A stretch of 64,000 nucleotides of DNA from assembly GCA_964572155.1 (NCBI GenBank), contig CAZNDZ010000002.1, forward strand, positions 147,089 through 211,088. The letters are read 5' to 3'. Shown piece by piece: positions 8,547-16,988 of the stretch. The notes below the pieces were generated by a model that worked only from the letters and a program-made list of their open reading frames with translations, was not told the DNA's origin and searched no databases. Both the position numbers and the translations under genes were made by a program. This DNA comes from an uncultured Planctomycetales bacterium (GTDB taxonomy: Bacteria; Omnitrophota; Gorgyraeia; Zapsychrales; Fredricksoniimonadaceae). Every line of letters begins with the position of its first letter. Within the stretch, counting starts at the first letter, position 1.

Positions 8547-11500
8547 TTATGGTCCAAAGTTAAGAGATGCTGTACACCAATAATACGCTCCGTCGTAGTA
8601 ACACGTCACAATGTCGGTTGATCCTGCTGCGGCGGTGAATGTTGGCGCAGCGGCCCCGTTCCATTTTACACCTGAACCACCACTTAACGTCGGTGTCCAA
8701 CCACCTGTTCCATCCTGAACAACTTTTAATAATAAATTCGCTACCCCTGATGTTGGCGGTGTCATGGTTATCGTGTATGACGCGCTCATGGTTACTTTTT
8801 GTTTATTACCACGATTCCAATCTAAGGTAAATCCTGAGCCTTGAGTTCCATTGTCATATTCACTACCCATGGTGATCAAATTATTAACCTTCAAATTACT
8901 AAACGACGCCGCTGTCCCAACACCCACATTGCCATACACATTCAAATCTGAAGATGTCAATGACGTCGTCCCGATCCCAACATTACCCCGAACAACCAAC
9001 TTAGCATAATCCGCAGTCCATGTACCGATACCAACATTTCCACTAGCAACCACAAAAGCACCTTGTGGTGCGGTTGTACCAACACCAACATTACTTAATC
9101 CATAAAGAGGCGAATAAAATGCCGCACCTGAAGAATCAATATAATTTAAACTACCAACAAGCAACTCATCAGAATTAATCCTTCCTTTGACTTCCAGATT
9201 AACACTAGGCGCCCAGGTCCCAATCCCCACATTCCCATTGGTCACCACCAACCCACCCTGCGGCGTCGATGTCCCAATCCCAATCTTATCCGACCCCGTC
9301 GTATTATAAACCGTCCCCGTCCCCGTAGACCACCCCGAAGACCCACCCGAGATAGGTAAAGTCCCCGCCGCCATCCACGTCCCAATCCCCGTCGATCCCG
9401 AGACCAACACATAGCCTGCGCCAGGACTAGTCGACAACCTAAACCCATCCGTATCCAACCGTGTCGTTGCTGTCCACGTACCCAGCCCTACATTTCCAGT
9501 CGTGACGGCTAATTTTGCCTGTGGTGTTGTTGTCCCAATCCCAACATTACCTGATTGATCAATGCGCACACGCTCAGCTGTACCAGCAGAATCGGTCGTG
9601 TAGAAAAGCAACCCCCCATAAGATGGGGTCGTCACAACTGCTTTAATCCCCGCAATTTCTCCGTATGCTCCAGCACCAAAAGCCAATGCTACAGTGTCTC
9701 CAACAGTAGTGCTACTCCCTTGAAGATATAGCGCACCAGAATTTGCACTACCGGTTTGAGTCGTAAGAACTTTCATTGCAAAGTTTCCTGACAACTGTAA
9801 ATCACCTGAATTGATTGTTAAAGCAGGCGTAGACCCACCTTGACCATTGATCTGCAATTTCGATGTTGGCGCCCACGTCCCAATCCCAACGTTCCCATTA
9901 GTCACCACCAACCCATCCTGCGGCGTCGATGTCCCAATCCCAACCTTATCAGCCCCCGTCGTATTATAAACCGTCCCCGACCCCGTCGACCACCCCGAAG
10001 ACCCACCCGAAATAGGCAACGTCCCCGCCGCCATCCATGTCCCAATCCCCGTCGATCCAGACACCAACACATAACCAGATGATGGACTCGTCGACAATCT
10101 AAACCCATCCGTATCCAAACGCGTCGTTGCTCTCCACGTTCCAAGACCAACATTGCCACCTATAACTACTAACTTAGCTTGTGGAGTTGTGGTGCCAATA
10201 CCGACATTGCCGTTTGTGCCATTGCCCTGTAACGTTAAAATAGATTGTGGATTAACGTTGCCCACAGGCGCATATTCCAAACTTAATAAACCTAGATCAT
10301 CTGTTGTATCAACCACTTGAGTCATTCTCCAGGCGCCTTTTGTTGCATCATCCTTAACAAAAGCAGCTCCGTCATAACGAAGGTTTGTGAACCACGCGTA
10401 TTGATTACTTGCCGTTGTACCCAAATATGTTCCGAACGTATTTCCAGTCCTACTAAATATTTTAAGATATGAATTAGCACCAACAGCCGGAAGACTTACA
10501 AAAAGAGGATTATCTGGTGCCCACGTCCCAATCCCCACATTTCCATTAGTAACCACAAACCCACCCTGAGGTGTCGATGTACCAATCCCAACATTATTCG
10601 ATCCGGTCGTGTTATAAACCGTCCCCGTCCCCGTCGACCATCCTGAAGACGTTGTCACTGCCAACGTCGTCGATGGAACCCATGTACCAACACCCACAGC
10701 ATTAGCTTGTAAGACATAGCTTGTTGCCGCACCCGTTGTTAATTGAAAAGCTGTTGTCCGTATTGTTCCTGAAACATCAAGGGCTGTTCCTGGATTTGAC
10801 GTACCAACACCAACATTTCCTAAAAAGTAAGAATCCCCAGAACCACTCGCCGCAATATCCCCATTAATATCTAAAGCCTTCGTCGGCGCATACGTCCCAA
10901 TCCCCACATTCCCTTGCACGATCAACCCATTGCCCGTCCCACCATAATACCCCGCATAAGAAGACCCAATCCCTACCCCACCTGACACATCCAATTTATT
11001 CGTTGACAATGAAGTCCCCAACCCAACATTCCCCGTCGCCGTAACATTACTATTAACAATCCCCGAGAACGACCCGCCATTATTATATTGCAACTGCGAA
11101 GAAGACCCACCAGGCGTCCCACCACCAGACGTAGCCAACGTAGACGCCGCCATCCACGTCCCAATACCTGTCGATCCTGAAACTAAAACATAACCTGCAG
11201 CAGGTGACGTCGATAATCTAAACCCATCGGTATCCAACCGCGTCGTCGCTGTCCACGTACCCAACCCAACATTACCCATAACCGCAAGGCCTGTTTGTGG
11301 CGTGGTTGTACCGACACCAACATTACCTTCAATTATTATTCCTCCTAATGGAGCAGAACTTGAGACATATGGAGAGTATGCTACTGTACCCAACCCAATA
11401 TTACCCGACAATGACAGTGTAGACCCTGGGATAGTTGTACCTATACCAAGCTTACCCCCAGACGTTAATCGCATTTTTTCAGATTGACTAAACGCAACAC

Positions 11501-13907
11501 TGGGCATAAATACCCAATCCATATCTCCTGAATTGGTATAATTTGTGCGTTGCAAACGCAGCGAAGCATGAGAACCTGTTACCGTAGAAGCACTGATAGA
11601 AAACCCTATATCAACATTTGCACCTGCCGACGAACTTCCTCCATTGTGAATCATAAAGGCTGGATTATTTCCTCCAGCAACAGCGTCAGAGCGAATAACA
11701 ACTTTGCCTGCCGGTGTGACCCAAGTTCCAATGCCCAAATTCCCAGACATCACAACTAATGCACTAGCTGGTGCCACTGTCCCAATCCCAACATTACCAT
11801 TCCCATCAACAACAAAAGGACTTCCCGTTAACTTATTGATTTGAAACGAAGCCTGCGGCGCCCACGTCCCTATCCCCACATTCCCATTGGTCACCACCAA
11901 CCCACCCTGCGGCGTCGAAGTACCAATTCCCACATTATCTGACCCTGTCGTGTTATAAACCGTCCCCGTCCCCGTCGACCAACCAGATGCCCCCCCCGAT
12001 ACCGGCAAAGTCCCCGCCGCCATCCACGTCCCAATCCCCGTCGCATCTGAAACCATCACATAACCCGCAGCAGGATTCGTTGATAATCTAAACCCATCCG
12101 TATCCAATCTCGTCGAAGCTGTCCATGTTCCAAGGCCTACATTGCCCATAACCGCAAGGCCTGTTTGTGGCGCTACTGTGCCTATACCAACATTTCCTTG
12201 CACAACCATCCCACCCGTTGGCGCAGCATTAACGACATACGATGAATTAATCCCTGTTCCAACCCCAACACCACCTATCACAGTTAATTTACTCCCCGGC
12301 GTTATTGTACCAACACCAATATTTCCTGAAGCACCTTTAATTGTCATTGTCGGCGCTGTAATAGCAACAGCACCTCCCGGAGCGTTAAAAATATTTAAAT
12401 CATTTGAACCATCGGATTGACGAAGATTTTGTAACTTAACAGTACCATTATTGGTCGTACTACTCGTTAGTGTTGAGGTATTTAAAACAATACTTGAAGC
12501 GGTTAGCGTGCTTGTTGAAGCATTAGAAAAAATAGCACCAATAATTTCTCCACCGTTATTTACATTAACAGCCTGCAGTGCAGCTGCTGGAACAAATGTA
12601 CCTATACCTATATTCCCTCCCATAACAACGAGCTTATCGTCTGCCGTCCAAGTACCCAAACCAACATTACCCATAACGACCAAGCCTGTCTGTGGGGTTA
12701 GTGTGCCAACGCCTAGATTACCGCCATATACAACTAATTTTCCTCCAATACTCGTGGGAGTTCCAATTCCCACATTTCCTGCTGAATCAATTGTCATACG
12801 TTGCGCGCCGCTGAGTGTTGTATTATTTCCTGCTGTATAAAATTGAAGTTCGGTTGCTGCATTTAGCACAGAACTTCCACCACCATAACGATTGGTTGTG
12901 ACACTACTACTGCTCGTTCCAACAAAAATTGCCACATCTGATTGAGCATTGGTATAGTGCCGTTGTGTGATATATGCATTCTTATTGGTAGCATCAGCAG
13001 TAGCATCTGTTAAACGCAATTGCACCGTTGAAGGACCAACAATATCCAGTTTTGTATTAGGTCTTAGTGTACCTAATCCAACATTTCCATTCATGATAAC
13101 CAAAGCGCCCTGTGGAGTTGTTGTTCCCAAACCGACATTATCTGAACCTGTCGTATTATAGACCGTTCCCGAGCCTGTCGACCAACCTGTAGCCCCCGCA
13201 CCAATCGTAGCCGGTGCCATCCACGTCCCAATCCCCGTTGATCCTGAAACCAAAACATAACCTGCGGCAGGTGACGTTGACAATCTAAAACCATCTGTGT
13301 CTAATCTTGTCGACGCTGTCCATGTACCAAGCCCCACATTCCCTAAAACAGCAAGCGCAGTTTGTGGTGCTGTTGTTCCAATACCAACATTGGGAACCAT
13401 GATCGACAAGCCACCTATAGACGTAACTGTACCAATTGCAATATTCCCGGCACCCGCACCACTGCCATTAATAAATAAATTACCATTTGCTGATAGCCCA
13501 CTATCCAATCTTGCATTTCCAGCAGCATCAACCCACCAACGCGCAGAACCAGTAAGACCACTATTAACAAGACCAACACCACCAGCATTCGTATCTGTTG
13601 TCTGATTTACATTTAACTTACCTCTGACTGTACCATCATATGACCCTATGACCGCAGTCCCTAATACTTCCAAATTTTGACGGGGCGCCCATGTTCCAAT
13701 ACCAACATTGCCTTGAGTGACAACCAAACCACCTTGAGGCGTTGTTGTACCGATACCAATATTACCGCTAGTACCATTTACAAATAAGAATGACTGGGTA
13801 CTATTTTTTACATTGAAATCTTTTGCAGCTAAGGCAGGCGCCGCTAAAACGGCTATCGCGCAAAAGTTTATAAATAATATTCTTATATAAGAGGATATAA
13901 GTTTCAT
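8547..13907 (-). CDS. Giant secreted tail-fibre-like repeat protein (1786 aa), paralog family member with a type-A C-terminal tip (QDGTGG motif).
   Basis: The signal peptide MKLISSYIRILFINFCAIAVLAAPALA is followed by AKDFNVKNSTQSFLFVNGTSGNIGIGTTTPQGGLVV. It carries dozens of GNVGIGT.TPQ..L.V..GNVG.GTW repeats and four to five copies of the module TTRLDTDGFRLSTSPAAGYVLVSGSTGIGTWMAA...TVYNTTGSDNVGIGTSTPQGGLVVTNGNVGIGTWAP. Confidence 0.8.
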   Translation of the reverse strand: MKLISSYIRILFINFCAIAVLAAPALAAKDFNVKNSTQSFLFVNGTSGNIGIGTTTPQGGLVVTQGNVGIGTWAPRQNLEVLGTAVIGSYDGTVRGKLNVNQTTDTNAGGVGLVNSGLTGSARWWVDAAGNARLDSGLSANGNLFINGSGAGAGNIAIGTVTSIGGLSIMVPNVGIGTTAPQTALAVLGNVGLGTWTASTRLDTDGFRLSTSPAAGYVLVSGSTGIGTWMAPATIGAGATGWSTGSGTVYNTTGSDNVGLGTTTPQGALVIMNGNVGLGTLRPNTKLDIVGPSTVQLRLTDATADATNKNAYITQRHYTNAQSDVAIFVGTSSSSVTTNRYGGGSSVLNAATELQFYTAGNNTTLSGAQRMTIDSAGNVGIGTPTSIGGKLVVYGGNLGVGTLTPQTGLVVMGNVGLGTWTADDKLVVMGGNIGIGTFVPAAALQAVNVNNGGEIIGAIFSNASTSTLTASSIVLNTSTLTSSTTNNGTVKLQNLRQSDGSNDLNIFNAPGGAVAITAPTMTIKGASGNIGVGTITPGSKLTVIGGVGVGTGINSSYVVNAAPTGGMVVQGNVGIGTVAPQTGLAVMGNVGLGTWTASTRLDTDGFRLSTNPAAGYVMVSDATGIGTWMAAGTLPVSGGASGWSTGTGTVYNTTGSDNVGIGTSTPQGGLVVTNGNVGIGTWAPQASFQINKLTGSPFVVDGNGNVGIGTVAPASALVVMSGNLGIGTWVTPAGKVVIRSDAVAGGNNPAFMIHNGGSSSAGANVDIGFSISASTVTGSHASLRLQRTNYTNSGDMDWVFMPSVAFSQSEKMRLTSGGKLGIGTTIPGSTLSLSGNIGLGTVAYSPYVSSSAPLGGIIIEGNVGVGTTTPQTGLAVMGNVGLGTWTATTRLDTDGFRLSTSPAAGYVLVSGSTGIGTWMAASTLATSGGGTPGGSSSQLQYNNGGSFSGIVNSNVTATGNVGLGTSLSTNKLDVSGGVGIGSSYAGYYGGTGNGLIVQGNVGIGTYAPTKALDINGDIAASGSGDSYFLGNVGVGTSNPGTALDVSGTIRTTAFQLTTGAATSYVLQANAVGVGTWVPSTTLAVTTSSGWSTGTGTVYNTTGSNNVGIGTSTPQGGFVVTNGNVGIGTWAPDNPLFVSLPAVGANSYLKIFSRTGNTFGTYLGTTASNQYAWFTNLRYDGAAFVKDDATKGAWRMTQVVDTTDDLGLLSLEYAPVGNVNPQSILTLQGNGTNGNVGIGTTTPQAKLVVIGGNVGLGTWRATTRLDTDGFRLSTSPSSGYVLVSGSTGIGTWMAAGTLPISGGSSGWSTGSGTVYNTTGADKVGIGTSTPQDGLVVTNGNVGIGTWAPTSKLQINGQGGSTPALTINSGDLQLSGNFAMKVLTTQTGSANSGALYLQGSSTTVGDTVALAFGAGAYGEIAGIKAVVTTPSYGGLLFYTTDSAGTAERVRIDQSGNVGIGTTTPQAKLAVTTGNVGLGTWTATTRLDTDGFRLSTSPGAGYVLVSGSTGIGTWMAAGTLPISGGSSGWSTGTGTVYNTTGSDKIGIGTSTPQGGLVVTNGNVGIGTWAPSVNLEVKGRINSDELLVGSLNYIDSSGAAFYSPLYGLSNVGVGTTAPQGAFVVASGNVGIGTWTADYAKLVVRGNVGIGTTSLTSSDLNVYGNVGVGTAASFSNLKVNNLITMGSEYDNGTQGSGFTLDWNRGNKQKVTMSASYTITMTPPTSGVANLLLKVVQDGTGGWTPTLSGGSGVKWNGAAAPTFTAAAGSTDIVTCYYDGAYYWCTASLNFGP
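9210..9490 (-). repeat. Dispersed conserved module of about 290 bp (about 97 aa), GC-rich, copy 1 of at least 10 full copies across the fibre paralogs.
   Basis: Contains the core cccacgtcccaatccccacattcccattggtcaccaccaacccaccctgcggcgtcga...gtccccgccgccatccacgtcccaatccccgtcgatcc, with about 85-90% nucleotide identity to the other copies. Confidence 0.5.
9868..10160 (-). repeat. Dispersed module of about 290 bp, copy 2.
   Basis: Same core sequence. The antisense arginine-rich shadow ORF 9902..10159 nearly duplicates the one at 9242..9448. Confidence 0.5.
11860..12160 (-). repeat. Dispersed module of about 290 bp, copy 3.
   Basis: Same core sequence, read directly. Confidence 0.5.
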
Positions 13908-13908
13908 T

Positions 13909-13973
13909 AATAAAATATAAGTAATCTAGAAGATATAGTTCTTCTAGATTTTATATAACACTTATATTTTATT
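13909..13973. promoter_or_regulatory. Long nested imperfect palindrome between the 709 aa gene stop and the 1786 aa gene start. Likely a terminator hairpin for the upstream gene and/or a 5'UTR structure for the downstream one.
   Basis: aataaaatataagt (13909-22), atctagaag (13924-32), cttctagat (13941-49), acttatattttatt (13960-73). The outer 14-nt arms and the inner 9-nt arms are both reverse complements. It ends 1 nt from the start codon at 13907. Confidence 0.4.
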
Positions 13974-14032
13974 GGATTTGAGCTAAGAAACTAGAAAAGA
14001 ATAAGATTTTTTCACTCATTTTTCGCGCCATA

Positions 14033-16162
14033 TCACTGATTGCGCTTTTGTTCTTTCATCAAAGTTCTTAGAGCTTCAATTTCTTTTTGAAAATTTCTAC
14101 TATTTTCCTTTAACATATCAACCTGTTGCGTTAAAATATTAACCTTTTCTTTGATTTCATCACGACCCTCGTCGAAACCTTCCCACCAATGTGGATTAAC
14201 ATAGACCATAACTAAGTCGTATGGCTTGGTTGAAGCTTTCATCAATGGTTCAAGGGCCATACCAACCACACGCCCTGACTTCACAGCTTTTGCACCAATG
14301 CCCGCACGCGATGAACTTGTGATCATATCACCAATATGTATAGGGCCATTTTCAAGACTGACCTTAACAGGGATTCTTCCAGCCAAAGCAACCGCAGGTT
14401 TATTGGGCTGTAGTGTATATCCCTTGCCATTGATAATACCAACACTAGACCCCTCAATAACAATGGCTGGCTCCGTCGAGACAACACCAAAGAGGTAGTT
14501 ATTGTAAATATTTACGGCTTTCATGACCGTAACGGATGAACGCACATCGAGCATGACAACATCACCATTATCAACAGGCTCTGAAGATGGGATAAGTTCT
14601 GCTAAGTCAACACATGACGTTGTCCCTGTACTTGACGAACATCCACCAATCTGCAAACTATAATTTGCATTGGCCGTACCAATCCCCACATTACCCCCTT
14701 GCACAATCAACGCCGCTCGAGGAGAAAACGTTCCAATACCAACATTCCCATTAATAACCACTAATTTCGCTTGTGGCGTGTTTGTTCCAATACCAATATT
14801 ATTCTCGACAATAAGTCCCCCATTAGGAGCTGCCGTCAGAATAAAACTATTGTTACGATTAGTACCTATCGCAATACCACCACTTGTTACAACAAATTTA
14901 CTTAGTGGATAAACAGTACCTATCCCCACATTCCCACGATATGTCGCAGAAGAACTCACGCCAAGCAAAACATTACCAACAACCCCTGACCCTGAATTTG
15001 CTCCACCAACAATAAAAACATCTCCACCTTTTCCATTCCCGCTCGATGAGCTTCCACCGGAAATTGCTGCATTACCTGGATCGCCACCATTCTGAGCAGC
15101 GCCACCAGCAAGAGAAAGAGCGCCACCATGATTAGGCGAACCATTATTTCCACCACTACCACCAGAAATAGTAACTGGTCCTCCGTAAAGAGATGAACCG
15201 CTTCCTCCAGTCAACGTTAAACTTGAAGCCGTAACACTTCCACTCCCACTCATCGTAAATGACGATGCACCTAAACTGTTATAGGTTCCACTTGTTAACG
15301 TTATTGAACCACCTTGAGACACACTTGTAGAATTACCCCCAGAAATTGAAAAACTTCCTTGTGCAACTGATGCTGACGTAGACGTTCCAATTGTTAAACT
15401 GATACTTCCAGAACCAGCTCCGGCACTAGAACCAGATGTGATTGATATACTACCACCTGTTCCACTGGTAGACCCACCAACACCACCGGTTAAGGCAATA
15501 CCACCACCATTTCCACCATTAGAACCAGCACCCCCTGTCATGGATAGTCCACCACCGGAAGTATTTCCAGTTCCGGCGCCGCCTTTTAGAACCACCGCTG
15601 ATGTAACATTTGGTGCACCAAGAACCGAGAAAAATGATTGCGGAAAAATACTTCCTATACCCACATTTCCATTAGCGACAACAAATGCTCCAGCCGGAGC
15701 CCACGTCCCAATCCCAACATTCCCATTGGTCACCACAAATCCACCCTGCGGCGTCGATGTCCCAATCCCAATTCTATCAGCCCCAGTCGTGTTATAAACC
15801 GTCCCAGTACCCGTCGTCCACCCTGACGTCCCACCCGAAATAGGCAAAGTCCCCGCCGCCATCCACGTCCCAATCCCAGTCGAATCCGACACCATCACAT
15901 AACCCGCCGCTGGATTTGTTGATAACCTCAACCCATCCGTATCCAACCGCGTCGTCGCTGTCCAAGTCCCTAGACCAACATTCCCACCAATAACCGCTAA
16001 CTTAGCTTGCGGGGTTGAGGTGCCGATACCGAAGTTTCCACTGCTAGCCGTTGGAGCTGGACTATCGGTATCATTAAAGTTAATCCCCGACGACCAAGCA
16101 GACTGTAAACCCATAATGAGGACAATGGTTAAACATAGATAAAGTAAACGGGTTCGTATCAT
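14033..16162 (-). CDS. Secreted fibre-family protein (709 aa). It has the same N-terminal repeats and module, a central Gly/Ser-rich low-complexity region, and a distinct C-terminal globular domain followed by a coiled coil.
   Basis: Signal peptide, then GNFGIGTSTPQAKLAVIGGNVGLGTWTATTRLDTDGLRLSTNPAAGYVMVSDSTGIGTWMAAGTLPISGG. The middle is (G/S/T)n, e.g. GGAGTGNTSGGGLSMTGGAGSNGGNGGG. The C-terminus is ...GDVVMLDVRSS...GRIPVKVSLENGPIHIGDMITSSSRAGIGAKA...EIKEKVNILTQQVDMLKENSRNFQKEIEALRTLMKEQ. Confidence 0.75.
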   Translation of the reverse strand: MIRTRLLYLCLTIVLIMGLQSAWSSGINFNDTDSPAPTASSGNFGIGTSTPQAKLAVIGGNVGLGTWTATTRLDTDGLRLSTNPAAGYVMVSDSTGIGTWMAAGTLPISGGTSGWTTGTGTVYNTTGADRIGIGTSTPQGGFVVTNGNVGIGTWAPAGAFVVANGNVGIGSIFPQSFFSVLGAPNVTSAVVLKGGAGTGNTSGGGLSMTGGAGSNGGNGGGIALTGGVGGSTSGTGGSISITSGSSAGAGSGSISLTIGTSTSASVAQGSFSISGGNSTSVSQGGSITLTSGTYNSLGASSFTMSGSGSVTASSLTLTGGSGSSLYGGPVTISGGSGGNNGSPNHGGALSLAGGAAQNGGDPGNAAISGGSSSSGNGKGGDVFIVGGANSGSGVVGNVLLGVSSSATYRGNVGIGTVYPLSKFVVTSGGIAIGTNRNNSFILTAAPNGGLIVENNIGIGTNTPQAKLVVINGNVGIGTFSPRAALIVQGGNVGIGTANANYSLQIGGCSSSTGTTSCVDLAELIPSSEPVDNGDVVMLDVRSSVTVMKAVNIYNNYLFGVVSTEPAIVIEGSSVGIINGKGYTLQPNKPAVALAGRIPVKVSLENGPIHIGDMITSSSRAGIGAKAVKSGRVVGMALEPLMKASTKPYDLVMVYVNPHWWEGFDEGRDEIKEKVNILTQQVDMLKENSRNFQKEIEALRTLMKEQKRNQ
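15700..15990 (-). repeat. Dispersed module of about 290 bp, copy 4 (inside the 709 aa gene).
   Basis: Same core sequence, read directly. Confidence 0.5.
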
Positions 16163-16199
16163 AGCGCTCTCATAAATTTTTAATTAATCGTGACATTTT

Positions 16200-16988
16200 T
16201 TATTCCGTTATCTTCATATTACTTAATTTCACATTGCTCAACTTATTTGGCATTGATTTATATAATTGCAAAACATCCGCATCTGTTAGAGCTCTGCTGT
16301 AAATCCGAAGCTCATCAATGATCCCATTAAAATACGCATTATAGCCAGACGCAGTATATCTTCGCCCAATCGTAAGCGCGGTAGAATCATAGGCAATGGT
16401 GCCCCCCGCATACCCAGTAGTCCCTTCCAGAACACCATTTAAATATGTTTTTATATTCGCTCCATCATATGTTCCAGTAAAAAAATACCAACTGCCTGCT
16501 GATAAACTTGTTGTACTAACTGCAGCATTTAAGTAACTTTTTACATGAAAATATAAGAGATGCCCAGAGCTTTTATAAACAACATAGGCATCATCAGTTG
16601 CCGTATTGTTCGCTTTCCCCAAAACATACATTGAACTAGTAGAAGCCCCTCCACTAACAGTTGTTGTCGTCAACGCATTTAATTTAAACCAGAATGAAAC
16701 TGTAATATAAGATGGGGTGATGCTTGAGCTATTTGATATGCTTACATAATCATTTACCCCATCGAAATTCAATGCCCCCGGCCCAATTCTTCCAGCAACA
16801 TAAGTCGGACTACTATTACAAGTACCCGTATTAGCATTTCTCGTTGAATCAACCACCGTCGCACCTGCACATGCTCCAGAAGACGCCTCATTCATTCTCC
16901 ACCAAGCCACAAGCCCAGTACGAATGTCTGCCTGTACAGGATTTGCTAGAAATAAAAATAGGACTGTTAAAATAATTTTATGCATCAT
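16200..16988 (-). CDS. Secreted LamG-domain protein, second partner gene. Its start ATG overlaps the stop of the upstream fibre gene in the sequence TAATG.
   Basis: MMHKIILTVLFLFLANPVQADIRTGLVAWWRMNEASSG ... YFNGIIDELRIYSRALTDADVLQLY. The ORF track starts it at a TTG at 17003. The ATG at 16988-16986 shares its A with the TAA stop at 16990-16988. Confidence 0.75.
   Translation of the reverse strand: MMHKIILTVLFLFLANPVQADIRTGLVAWWRMNEASSGACAGATVVDSTRNANTGTCNSSPTYVAGRIGPGALNFDGVNDYVSISNSSSITPSYITVSFWFKLNALTTTTVSGGASTSSMYVLGKANNTATDDAYVVYKSSGHLLYFHVKSYLNAAVSTTSLSAGSWYFFTGTYDGANIKTYLNGVLEGTTGYAGGTIAYDSTALTIGRRYTASGYNAYFNGIIDELRIYSRALTDADVLQLYKSMPNKLSNVKLSNMKITE

Noticed and set aside
14033-14600. 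C-terminal domain of the 709 aa protein as a Peptidase S74 intramolecular chaperone.
   Set aside because: I could not find the S-D-x-x-L-K / AQE-type signature of that family by eye. I keep it only as a loose analogy in the findings.
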